From Anthoceros angustus (lineage: Eukaryota > Plantae > Anthocerotophyta), in NCBI GenBank assembly GCA_010909165.1, contig MU008197.1, positions 434,001 to 498,000 on the forward strand: 64,000 nucleotides of DNA. The letters are read 5' to 3'. The translations under genes and the position numbers were made by a program. The notes beneath the pieces were generated by a model, which made no database searches, had not been told where the DNA came from, and saw only the letters and a program-made list of their open reading frames with translations. Of the stretch, positions 35,200 through 46,609 are shown in pieces (positions within the stretch are counted from its first letter, which is position 1; each line of letters opens with the position of its first letter).

Positions 35200-35720
35200 A
35201 TAATTACGCCATTGAAGTGCTCTGTGAGCACAGCTGGTAGTCTGTCTGAATCTGGTGGAGACAAGAGAGCCCATTGCAACATTTGGATGTGGACTGGGGG
35301 AGTGATGGGCTTTTGGCTTCACAGTTGCTCTACCCAATCATGACGACCAAAAGTGAGGAAGCGTGAATGGGAGAAGTGAACTTCATGGTGGAGGCTGTCA
35401 GGCAGCACATTTTCAAGAGCAAACCCAACAAACCGGTACCTGTGGATCTGGGTCTCTTGTTCCGGATCCTCACCCTGAACAACATCATGCTGATTGGCAT
35501 CAAGCAGGTTGTGGTTACATACGACAACATCATTGGAGAGTCCAGTACCATAGATGGTGTGCTGAACTCCTAGACTGAATGCTGCTCCGCTGTACCCGTC
35601 TTGCAGCAAAAGCTCAGCAATGCTTTATTGATGGAAGCAGAGGGATTCTACAGCATGATGACACGACACAGCACCGTGGAGTATATGACTGATCCACTTC
35701 TGGACACCTTCGTAATAGGG
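35200..35720 (+). pseudogene. Possible cytochrome P450 gene fragment (decayed)
   Basis: AIEVLCEH and GEVNFMVEAVRQHIFKSKPNKPVPVDLGLLFRILTLNNIMLIGIKQ resemble the N-terminal half of CYP71-clan P450s (AREVLKTHD; EEV..MV..I......PVNL..LL..LSMNNITRM). Stops are present and no heme motif was found. Confidence 0.3.
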
Positions 35721-36789
35721 GCCTCACGAGCAGTGGGTAAAACATTGTCCGTCTCATACGTGGATGCAAGGATAGGGAAACCAGACTGCTGGATTGAGCC
35801 ATACGCATGCTGGGTAATCACAGAATGGACGAGTTCTCATCGCGCCTCCGCAAGCAAACCAAACGGAGAGTCGGCCCAACCAAAGCCAATCCTGCGAATG
35901 CACACAGGACCAGTTTTGCTACGATACCCTTTTGGTGCATACCATTTTTTATTCAGCATACAATTCTGTGAAGTGGCCAAATACCAGATGCTGTTCTCTC
36001 GAAACTTCTCTTTTCCTTCTTCCTATCTGCTGAAGGGCTGGGGCTGAACGGCTGAACTTCACCTATGTTACATGTGCCACTTGGCACCAGGTGCTAAAGG
36101 ACGAGCGACCTTCACTTTAATGCTCTGAGGAATCTTCCCCCTGCTTGCCACCGAGCAGGAATCGTAGAGTGTCGTGAGGAGAGTCGATGATTATGGGGAT
36201 GCTATAGAACTTTTGGAAAAATCATAAGTCTCTTATAACTTTTCATATTCTTATTCTATTCGATTGATCGAGTGGAGGGTGAGCATTGATACACCGAAGC
36301 TATAGTAATTTATATGAATATGGATACAAATTCAGAAGAGGTATAGACAAATACAAACAAGGATAACGAATACAAACAAAGTATATAATCAAGAGGGGGC
36401 TGCCAAGATTAGGTTATTGGAAGTGAAGACAACGAAGCCTCCAAACTAAGTGATCAATGGTAATTATTTTGGAAAGCATAAGGATTGGATACAATAGAGA
36501 TAACCGGTGTTTTGTGGGAGACAACAAAGCACAAGGAGGAAACCAAGAGGGGGAGAAAGAGAAGGAGAAAAGGTTGGAGACACGGAGGAAGGATGCTGAG
36601 AGAGAAGCAAGAAAGGAGGGAGGAAATGATGCAGAGAGAGGGAATAATAAGAGCAGCAAAATCCAAAAGTTTATTGAGAGGAAAAAATGATAGGAAGGGC
36701 CCATCTAACAAAAGACAACGAAGGGAGATCTAGACCCTGAGGGTTATGGTAAAAAGAAGCAGCTAAGCTCTAAATTACCTACTAATTGA

Positions 36790-37020
36790 ATTAACAATGT
36801 CAGATCATGGAGCCATGGGCAAGGATTTCTCTAGGTTCGTCAAGGCCTGCGCCAAGGCTTATCACAGCCGTAAGAATGGGGTTGGGCTCCCCCTTTCTTG
36901 TATTGTTGCTTTTTTCCGGCAGAGGATTTCCATCGCTCTACATAGGGCGTTGGCCAACGCAGTGTACAGAACGACAGCGAGCGCGGGAGATGCAACTTCC
37001 TCGACATCAGTGGTAAGCCT
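36790..37020 (+). mobile_element. 3' fragment of a CRE/R2-type non-LTR retrotransposon (restriction-like endonuclease C-terminus)
   Basis: MSDHGAMGKDFSRFVKACA...IVAFFRQRISIALHRALANAVYR matches the characteristic (E/D)xxGxxGxxxxxF...F.QRLSIALQRxxA end of RLE-class LINEs. T/A-rich sequence follows. Confidence 0.6.
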
Positions 37021-37530
37021 TTTCACATTCCGGACCACGAAGTTCTTTGGGCGGTTGGTAGTTTTGAAATGCGTGATCGCGGGGGCAGGCATGGTGCCCT
37101 TCATTGGGTTTTTCCCCCTTTGCTTTTTGGCTGGATGGGTTTTTCCCATCTCTTTTTTTATAATAAAGTCTTCTTTTTCCCCGATTGAGAAAAAATAAAC
37201 GGATTGAATTCTACAAAGGAAGAGGAGAATGCGTCACTTAGTGTCACTGTTGTTCCAAGGATCGCCACTGCGAATGTCCGTTGGAGGACGATGGGTACAC
37301 GCTTTCGGAAGAATGTTGTAATAATAAGAATAGCAAATCTCATTCATAATTATTAAAACTAGTATCTAGGGTGATATTTGTATTTCATGGGTGCTCTCTC
37401 ATACGAACACTTGACACTAGAGAGGTCGGTGCACCTACAAAGCCGATCCATATCAAAGAACACACATATGCCCATCAAGGGACATAAAGGATGACACTCC
37501 CTTCCCGAAGTAATCGTCCGCAGGCTGCCC

Positions 37531-37870
37531 TTGTATGTCCCGCATATCGAAAGTGATCACCGCAGGCTGCTTAATTGTAGAGTTCATATCTCATCTCATA
37601 GGTTAGAGGTCGATATGGTCGTTCCTCGAGCCTTGTGGGTTGGAAAGGATCGTGGTAGAGAGCGCATATTGATTATGACTTTTCCCTCTATGGATGATCG
37701 CCACCGGGTTATGAAGGCTAGGTCTATGTTGTAGACAACTGAGTTATATATCAATGAGGATCTTACACCATTGCAATGGAAGACTAAGAAGGAGAAGTTA
37801 CCGCCTTTCAGAGCTGCTCGTGCTACGGGTCAAGTGGCTTTCTTTCGTGGGGATGAATTAGTGGTGTTTA
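37531..37870 (+). mobile_element. LINE ORF1-like fragment (degenerate)
   Basis: ERILIMTFPSMDDRHRVMKARSML*TTELYINEDLTPLQWKTKKEKLPPFRAARATGQVAFFRGDELVV resembles the ORF1 C-terminal motif (RPILVKF...IYINEDLT...A.FRGDKL). One internal stop. Confidence 0.6.
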
Positions 37871-38765
37871 GCCTTTGTTCACGCATTTTCACTGACATTG
37901 TTGACTGATTGATTGAAGATTATCTGTCTAATTTAAATTTTACCTTTGTATTCATCCAGAATATTTTACCGTAATCTATGTAATTATCATATTTCAATCC
38001 ATGACGGAAATCCGTCCTTAGTGCACCGGCTAAAATAAAATTCTTCTTCTTTCTGATGTATGTGCAGTGTATGTGCATCCCAGTTGTGCCACCAATTACG
38101 CCACCAGTACTAGCCACCAGTTGTACCACGGCTAGTAGCCACCAGTTGTGATGTGTGGGTGTTAGAAAGATGAAACACTAGTAGAGGTGTACATGTGGTT
38201 ATGGGGTGGAGCAGTTAGGAGAGGGATCAGGTTTACATGAGGTTATGGAGGTTGCAAACGGTCGTTAAAAGTGGTGGCAGGGGAGGAGAGACACTTGGCC
38301 GTGTGGCAGGTACCTGGCAGGCCATGAGCGATGGGATGAGCGTCGCCATTGGCTGGGTACAGCATGGCAGATCGCGAAGAAAGATGGGAGGGATAGGAGT
38401 GCGATGCCATGCTCCCCTAGCCATACGATTTCCGAGCAAATGGCATTGGCAGCCCGTTGCAAATTTGCCAATTGCCGGATAATGTGGGCCCAAACAAGCC
38501 AGCCTTCCCCCCTACCCGCTCCCGCTGGTGACCACGGCTCGAGGTCGGAGGGAGGCCATGAACCGGGGGTCAGTGCCCACCACAGCACGGTGTCCGCCAT
38601 AGCCGGTTGGACCCAACAAGCTGCAGCCTGCAGGAGGTGAGGGTGCGCTACTGCGCTGCAGTAGAGCACAGCACAGCGCAACGCGTGCGGGATGCGGCGC
38701 CGGCGCCGCTGCCACTCCCTTGCATTGTGATAGCCGGTGACAGGGAATTGAATTGCGTGTCTTCC

Positions 38766-41119
38766 ATGGCGGCGGCGCTGCAGGGGAGCAGCAGGTTGCG
38801 GGATGGGGCTGCCTCCTCCTGCTCTCTCTGCAGCAACCGCAGCCCGGTGTTGGGTTCCAGCGGATTCCTGTCCCCGGTGCAGGTGCAGGTCCCCGGGAGG
38901 GGCAGGGCGCGGGAGCTGGGGCATGCTGGCCAGCTGCAGGTGAGGGCGGCGGGGGACCGGGAGGAGAAGGACCTGCCGTTCCTGAAGCGCCTGGGGACTC
39001 AGATTATCAAGCAGAAGGAGTCGGGGGACGCGCGCGGCAAGGCCCAGGAGGCCGCTTCCCGGCGCCGGGGCCGGAAGAAGCGGCAGGCGGCGCGGGAGGA
39101 GGTGGAGGGGAAGGGGAAGGGTAAGGGTAAGGCGGCGCTGGCGGCCAGGCGGACGAGGATGTTGTTCCGCTCGGAATCGACAAGCTTCTCCAGCGCCTCA
39201 TCAAAGCCTCGCCCACCAACGTCGTGGCAGCTCCCGGCGGCACCGAGGACGGGAAGACGGGCGGCGGTGGCGGCGGCAGCCTGGCTCTCCGCAGGACGCG
39301 CTGCCGTCCATCGACGCCTTCAGCTTCGGGCGCGGCCGGCGGGTCGACCCCGCACGGTCTTCGTCGCCGGCGGGCTCAGCCAGATCGGGGCCAGGATCTC
39401 GCAGAGGCTGCTGCAGGCCGGGTTCTTTGTGCGGGCCGGCGTGCCCGACCTTTCTCAGGCTCAGCAGATCGCCGAATTCGCTACCCAATATGGGGTAAAT
39501 GTTTCTTGTCCACAGTGGAGGTGGCAATGCGGGTTTGTCTTTGGCCTTCATCCCGTCCTGGTTGTGACATTTGCGCGTGCAGATCCTGTCGTCCGAGGAG
39601 GTGAAGCGGCTGAATGCGGTGGAGTTCGATTTCAAGAACGTGGATTCGATTGGCAAGGCTGTTGGGAACGCGGGCAAGGCTGTGGTGACGGTCGGCCCGG
39701 CGGAGGACGGTGCCTCGTCCAAGGTCTCCACGGAGGATGCTCTCCGCGTGCTCGAGGCTGCGTCTGTGGCCGGTGTTGGACATTTCATCCTCGTGGCTGA
39801 GCCCGGGGACGGGAAGGCCAAGTCTAAGGCCAAGGAGTCCGGTTTCGGCTTCTTTGCGAACCTCTTCAGCCTGCTCTCGCCTAAGAAGGATAAGATCTCC
39901 GTGGAGGAACTTATTGAAAAGATCTCGGAGTCGGAGTTGAAGTATACTGTCCTCAAGACTGCTCCTACTGCTGGAGTGGACGACTTTGCTGGTGATCTTG
40001 GCAATGTTGGCCTCCTTCCCGAGGGCGCCACTGTCCCATTTGCTGCACAGGTATGGTTTCTTCTGCTCTCTCCAAATTGCGGGATGAGTGTGTGAAATCT
40101 TGCGTGCTTCATGTGGTTGTAAGGTTGTGGTTTCTTCCATTCGAATGACAGAATGTTAGAACGGACGAATCTGGGCTTCATGTGGTTGTAAGGTTGTGGT
40201 TTCTTGCATTCTGTGACTGGACGTTGGAACGGATTAATCCGTGCGTCATGTGGTTGTAAGGTTGTGGTTTGTTGCTTGCCATGTGTAACAGGTCGGAAGG
40301 CTTCAGATCGCCGCAGTGGTGGAGGCTGCCTTCTCCAACTCAACTGTATCTGAAAATAAGGTGATCTTCGGATTCATATCCTTCATTTCTTGAAGATGAG
40401 GCTGGTGCCTCTGGTGCATAGAAAAGGCCTGACAAGGAATACTCGTGGACGTGGTTCAGGTTGTAGAAGTGCTGTCCAGCCCCTCGTACAGCGCCAAGCC
40501 CATCGAGGAGCTCTTCAGGTTGGCTCTCGCATTCACATACATGCTGTTGGGAGGAAAATGGATGAACGAGTTAGGTCTTGCGGTTAACTGACATGACTGC
40601 ATGTCCGAAGCCAGTGCTCTGCGAGAGGACGCAAGAAGGCCGCTGAGGGCAGCCGCTCTGGCGAAGGCGGAGGCGGAGGAGCGGGAGAGGCAGGCGCGGC
40701 TACAGGCTGAGGAGGAAGCTCGAGCCGCAGCGGCGAACGCAAGGGAAGCCGCAGAAGCAGCGGCTCAGCTGGAAGCTGAGGCCAAGAAGCTCGCCTTGGA
40801 AGAGGCCAAGGCGTCTGCTGCAGCTGCCAAGGCCCAAGCCATAGCGGCTGCAGCTGCTGCTTCGCTTGAGGTAGTGTCCAATAAAGCCAAGGAGCTGGGA
40901 AGCACTGGCATCGACATCGCCAAGGACGGCCTGCCTTCGTTCTTGAGCCGGGCTAAGGACGGGGTGGCGGGCCCTGCGAGGAAATCGGTGCCTCCCCCCG
41001 CTGCGAGGAAAACAGCGGTGCCACCGCCACCGCCATCTCCTCCTCCTGCTCAACCCAACGGGGTTAAGCAGTTGTTCAGTAACCTATTCCAGCAGGAGAC
41101 CCTGTATGTGGATGATTAG
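38766..41119 (+). CDS. PTAC16: Plastid transcriptionally active 16 (PTAC16; NAD(P)-binding Rossmann fold plus coiled-coil tail)
   Basis: Exons 38766-39494, 39583-40050, ~40291-40359, ~40460-40518, ~40614-41119. Motifs TVFVAGG...LLQAGFFVRAGVPDL, ILSSEEVKRLNAVE, VSENKVVEV and C-terminal LFQQETLYVDD. Exon 1 appears to contain three compensating single-base deletions. Confidence 0.92.
40107..40275. repeat. Intronic 69-bp-period minisatellite, 3 copies
   Basis: tcatgtggttgtaaggttgtggttt at ~40109, 40178 and 40246. The intervening segments are similar to each other. Confidence 0.9.
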
Positions 41120-41438
41120 CTTGAACATTCAACTTGTGGAAACGATTTCTCTCCGATCTCTCTGTCCGCGCTCTTGCCCTCCCTCCGCTTCTCTTTGCGT
41201 ACGCACAAACCTAATGCATAATTCGGATTTCGTTCCTGTCTTCCATTATTCGTTTATCAGAAGGAGACGTCTCAGCAGTTTCTTGTCGACTGGTTGCGGC
41301 AAAGGAGGCCTGAGAGGAAGCTGGAAGGGAGAAAATGGCTTTGGGAGTGGGCTGGCGGGGGTGAAGATGATTGTTCCAGAAAACCCTAGCTCAGTGGTGA
41401 ATCCGGGAAGAAGAGGGCAAAGGTAGCTGGGATCGGTC

Positions 41439-42779
41439 ATGCCGAGGTTCAAGGCGGCGTTCAATGGCTATGCCGTCAAGTTCAGTCCGTTCGTGGAGTC
41501 GAGGCTGGCTGTGGCCACGGCGCAGAACTTCGGGATCATAGGCAACGGGCGGCTGTATGTGTTGGAGGTGACGCCGCAAGGGATTGTGGAGACGGTTTCC
41601 TACGACACTGCCGACGGGCTGTACGATTGCACATGGTCTGAGGACAACGAGAATTTGCTGGTCTCGGCCAGCGGAGATGGCAGCGTCAAGGTGTGGGACA
41701 TTGCTCTGCCTCCGGGGGCCAATCCGATCCGATCTTTCGAGGAGCACACGCATGAGGTGAGCTCTGTGGATTGGAACTGCATGCGGCGGGACTGTTTCAT
41801 CAGCGGCTCCTGGGATGATACCATCCGGCTGTGGAGTCTGGACTTGCCCCGATCTCTGCACACCTTTTCTGGTCACACTTACTGCATCTACACCGCCGTG
41901 TGGAGCCCGAGGCACGCCGATCTGTTTGCTTCTGCTTCCGGCGACTGCACTCTGAGGCTGTGGGACGTGAGGGAGCCTCGTGCCACTTTGGTTATCCCTG
42001 GTCACGAGTTCGAAATTCTGAGTTGTGACTGGAACAAGTACAACGATAACATGATTGTCTCAGGATCCGTGGACAAGTCCATCAAGGTTAGTTCCTTCCA
42101 TCTCAGATGACCTTTTTCTGATTTCGGCCGCATTAGGCTGCACTGAGGTTGTGAGATAGCTTCTGCAGCTGCTGCCCTGACTCTGAGGGGTGGAAAGCAA
42201 AAGCTTAAAGCTTGCAGCTGCGCTTCACAGTAGTGTCATGTGGGAGTGTTTGTCAGTTACCTTTTTCGTTTTCCCTTTTGTGTCAGTATGCTGGTGAACT
42301 TTCATTTTCAGCTCTCTAAGATACCCTGCAACCAAAGTGCTGCAGAAGGTTCACCAGATTTTAGGGTGTGTCCTCCTCTGCTGGTAAACCAACACTCTCA
42401 GCTCTAAGGCGATTCAGCAAAGTGCTGTAGAAGTCGTAGTTGCGTTAAGGCACTAACTAACAGGTTTCTCTTGCAGGTTTGGGATATAAGGAGCCCAGGT
42501 GTGGAGCTAACTTCCCTGCTCGGCCACACTTATGCTGTGAGGAGGGTGAAGTGCTCACCCCACCAAGAGAACATCATAGCCTCCTGCTCCTACGACATGA
42601 CAATGTGCGTCTGGGATTACCGTGCCCCGGAGGATGCTTTACTGGCGAGGTACGACCACCACACAGAATTCGCAGTGGGCATGGATATGAGCACTCTCGT
42701 GGAGGGCCTTCTGGCGAGCACAGCTTGGGACGAAACGGTGTATGTGTGGCCGCATGGCCAGGATCCTCGTTCAAGCTGA
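41439..42779 (+). CDS. PEX7: Peroxisomal targeting signal 2 receptor PEX7 (WD40)
   Basis: Exons 41439-42086 and 42477-42779. MPRFKAAFNGYAVKFSPFVESRLAVATAQNFGIIGNGR, DGLYDCTWSE, LLGHTYAVRRVKCSPH, YDHHTEFAVGMDMS. Confidence 0.97.
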
Positions 42780-44159
42780 TGGCGCCACCCGCTGCTGTAT
42801 GTTACAGAGTAGGTTGCTGTCTGAGTTTGCGTCTAAGTCACATCTTAACCCATTTGTACAGTCGTTAGTCGGCGTCTAATGTTTCCTGTCAACACCGCGG
42901 GGAGTGTTGCGCGGGGCGTTTGCTGAACGCAAGAAAAGTCACCTAGCTGTAACATTCGTGCTGGCTCCGCAAGGGAGACTCCACGTCCTCATGCCATGAC
43001 AGTTGGTGGCGCTCCACATAGGGAATGGCAGGCCTTCCGATGACTGCCATATCTAACGGCGCAGGCCAGGTCCAGGCACCTCCTTCGATCGGCCCTCCTT
43101 ATTCACCGCTTTGCATTATTGGTGGGGTCGGGCGCCACTTGATCACGCGCGCGTCACGCCCTAGGGTAATTTCTGTACGCTCCGCTATTATTAGAGTATA
43201 CTGTCTTTCACGCCGGTACGCAGAGGAAAGAGGAAGGTCGGCCATATGATTGGTGCTGGCTGAGCTAAACCGGCATGGAACGGTAGGCCCGACGCAGGAC
43301 GTCAGCCCTGCCCGGTTTACATGAAATCGGTAAAAAAACCCGGTCAGTAATCAGAGTCCGTTTCTCTGGTCGCTGCCAGCTGCTGGGGTCAGGGGTGCCT
43401 TCCTCGCAAGGGAGATGATGAAATTCACTTTAATTGTAGGCGCATTCTCGGAACCAGCTTAGCCTGACTCAGTTTGCCTCCGCGTCGGCGGCCATTCTTC
43501 CGGCTCCATGGTTGTCGTCTTTCCCAGTCTCTCCATCATTGGAGCGGTCTCCATCTCCCTTTCCCAGGACTCCTTAAATTGTGCTTCCCTTCCGATCTCC
43601 GACAGCTTCGCTGTGGAGGAGGCTTCGTTTTTTGGCAGCCTCAAGGCCTTGCGGTAGAGAGCTTCCACAGGACTTTGAGGTGAGCTCTCATGTGGTTGCT
43701 GCGCTGATCGAAGTACCAAGAATGCCTGCCTTTGCTTTGGAGCGATTTGTCGTCCTCTTTGGGCGGCATTTGGTCTTTTAGGGGTGTGGATGCGCGCTGC
43801 GGTTGTCTCTCCTCCCTGGATCGTTTCTTCTGGAAGTCGGGAACTGTGCCTTCGATGTGCTCTTGCTTTCTCCGACTGGCTGTTTGTGGTGAAGTCCATG
43901 GCAGTAAAGGGGGTCAGCTGTGCCGTACGTTTCTGTCTGAGTTCTCTACTTACTTGTCACGGACGTTTAAGGTGCACGTCCCGTCCACTGTCCAGGAAGT
44001 GGAACCACGGGTGCCTTGGGTGCTGGCGGTGGGGGTCGGTGAATGGGCGAGTTTCGCGAAATGCCCGCGGCCGCTGAAAGGCCGCTTGCCTTGTGCAGGG
44101 ACTGTGCCACCCAGCTTCTGTGTGTGTGACGTCGCATTTCGGTAGCCTCCGATTCCACG

Positions 44160-45760
44160 ATGAGGATTGACGTCACGCAGACGACGACTGTTCGGCCGGA
44201 GACTCCGACAGAGCCTCAGATCTTGTCCTGCTCGGCCTGTGATCTCTTCGCGCGCCCCGTTCACGTGCGGACTGTGTATTTCTTTGGGGAGCAATCTCCA
44301 GGAGCAAATGATGATGTTGTTCCCAAGCTGAAGGAATCCCTTGCCAAGCTCCTGGTCACATTTTTCCCAGTAGCGGGAAGAGTGAAGCGGAAAGTCCCCG
44401 GGGGACATGAGCTTGTTATTGACTGCAACGACGCAGGTAACATTGCGGATGTTGCAGGCTGATATTGTGCCTCCAACGCGAAAATGCCGTAGCTCAGTCG
44501 CAGGGTTACGGGTCTGGTTTTTTGTATAACGTTTCCTGCCTTCATGTTTGGGTTGTTTCCAGGTGCGGAGTTCATAGAAGCGGTTGCCGACGGACCGTTG
44601 TCTGAGCTTGGAGGCTTCCGCCCTAATCCCATTTTCGATTTGTTGGCTCCCAAGCCTGACAGTTCCCTCCCTCTTGAGGACAATGCCATCCTATATGTGC
44701 AGGTAGGTTCACGAGACTTCCACTGTGGTTGTATGCCTTGACGGTTTGCTTTTATTTTTATGGGGTCTGACGCTTGTGTTTTGATGCCCAGGTCACCAAG
44801 TTCACATGCGGTGGATTCTGTTTCGGTTTTGTTAATCATCATACTCTGTCCGATGGGATTTCGGCTCACAATTTTATAATTTCTTGGACTGAGGTTGCAA
44901 GAGGACTGGAGATCTCGGTCCTTCCCAACTTCGACCATTCGTTGCTAACAGGTGCCGGGACTCCTGTTCCTGAGAAGCAGCCAGAGATGCTTAAGCTGAG
45001 GCCCACAGGTCCTCCGCCTCCTATGTCGACGAGGAAAACAAAGGAAGGTTTGTTTACCTTCACTCCAGAAATGTTGAAGAAAGTGAAATCGAGAGCTATC
45101 GGCGATGGTGCACTAGGAACCTTTACCACCTTCGAGAGCCTGTCTGCCCACACATGGAGAGCAGTTGTTCGAGCGAAGAATTTGAGCCCATCAGAAGGCG
45201 AGACTGCTTTCCTCTTCCTTCGTAGATGCTCGCAGTACCTAACATTCTAGTTATGTGACTTCTAACTGTTTCTTAACTTTGTTGCAGAGGCAAGATTCTT
45301 CACTACATTGGACAGCAGGAAGAGGTTAAAGCCGAATCTGCCAGACGGTTATTATGGGAACGGTATAATGTTCACTTACAAAGAAGCGACTGTGGGAGAT
45401 GTCCTGACCAAACCGTTGTCGTTCTCTGCTACCCTGGTTCGTGAAGCTGTGGCAAAAATGACCAGTGAGCGCATCAAGGAGGCTATTGCATGGGCAGAAG
45501 CGCAATCTTCTGGAGTGATGGTCGCCATCAACACCATGGGGAACGATGTTTCCTCTGCTGCATGGTTCCGGATGCCTTTCTACGATACGGATTTTGGTTA
45601 TGGCAAGCCGTTGTTTGCTGGTCCGGCAGACAACCCCTACAATGGTTGTATTTTGATGTTGCCGGCACCGCAGCCCATGGCTATCAATGTCTTTATTTGT
45701 CTGTGGGAGGATGATATGGAAAGGTTGGAAAATGACGAGGAATTTCTCCTCGTTAACTGA
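44160..45760 (+). CDS. BAHD-family acyltransferase
   Basis: Exons 44160-44436, 44563-44702, 44792-45197, 45288-45760. LKESLAKLLVTFFPVAGR, IDCNDAGAEFIEA, QVTKFTCGG, HXXXD = HTLSD, DFGYG (DFGWG motif). Confidence 0.95.
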
Positions 45761-46609
45761 TTAGTCCTCAACCTATCGTCGGTCTTCTTAGCGCAGCTGA
45801 AAGCGAAATAGAGAAAGACCAATATTGTACCTTTGGCCAAAAACACGGTTAGGAAAATTGCATCTGACCATAACAGAAAGAAAAAGAGCCTACTATTTTA
45901 TACTTGTACACAATTTGAAAAACAGAAAAATACAAAATATATATACAAAGGCACAAATGTGCATAGATAAAAAAAAAGAGCGGGGAAAAATTCTGCCAAT
46001 CCACTATAAAATCCTAAATACCTTATATATTCTTTTACATATCAAAATAAGTAAAAATAAAAAAAAGGATATGCCATAATGGAGGAAAAGCCAATTTCTA
46101 CCCGCAATTGCAATGTCGATGTATATTCCATACACTTAAGCGAACAAATGAAAAGTGACAGCATCCGCATAACTAGCAGACTACCCATCGCGCTGTCACA
46201 ACAACGTGAGTTAGGTGATAACTTTCTCAAATACTATCTTCCTCCTCAAGTGCTTCATTAACCCACCTACATGGGCAGAAAAACCATGTACTCGCCCCTC
46301 ATCATGTACATAACCAAAACCTATCGCTGAAGGGCGCTTCCCCTACCCGACCCGACCGGATGATATCTACTATTGCATAACAAGACTCCATCCAGTCGGC
46401 AGGACAGCTTGGCTCCCATTAAGCATCACCGAGCCTTGACAAACACACACCCCGTCTCGCGAAGCTTTTACTAAAAGACAAGGGGCCGGATGCAGGTGAG
46501 ATATCTCAAAAAGTTGCCCGAAAGACTCTGTCCCGTTACCTACAGTAGACTTAATTCTATCATAAGAGGGAAGACCGAGTGCCCACCCACGTGCGTCATT
46601 CCCGATAGC

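Noticed and set aside
40107-40275. CRISPR-like pattern of a ~27-nt repeat with ~42-nt spacers
   Set aside because: The spacers are similar to each other, it lies in a plant intron and there are no cas genes. It is a diverged 69-bp minisatellite.
43459-44145. 146-aa minus ORF and a ~96-aa plus uORF upstream of the BAHD gene
   Set aside because: No recognisable motifs or splice support. The region looks like a CT-rich leader/promoter, and the ORF lengths are within chance for this GC content.
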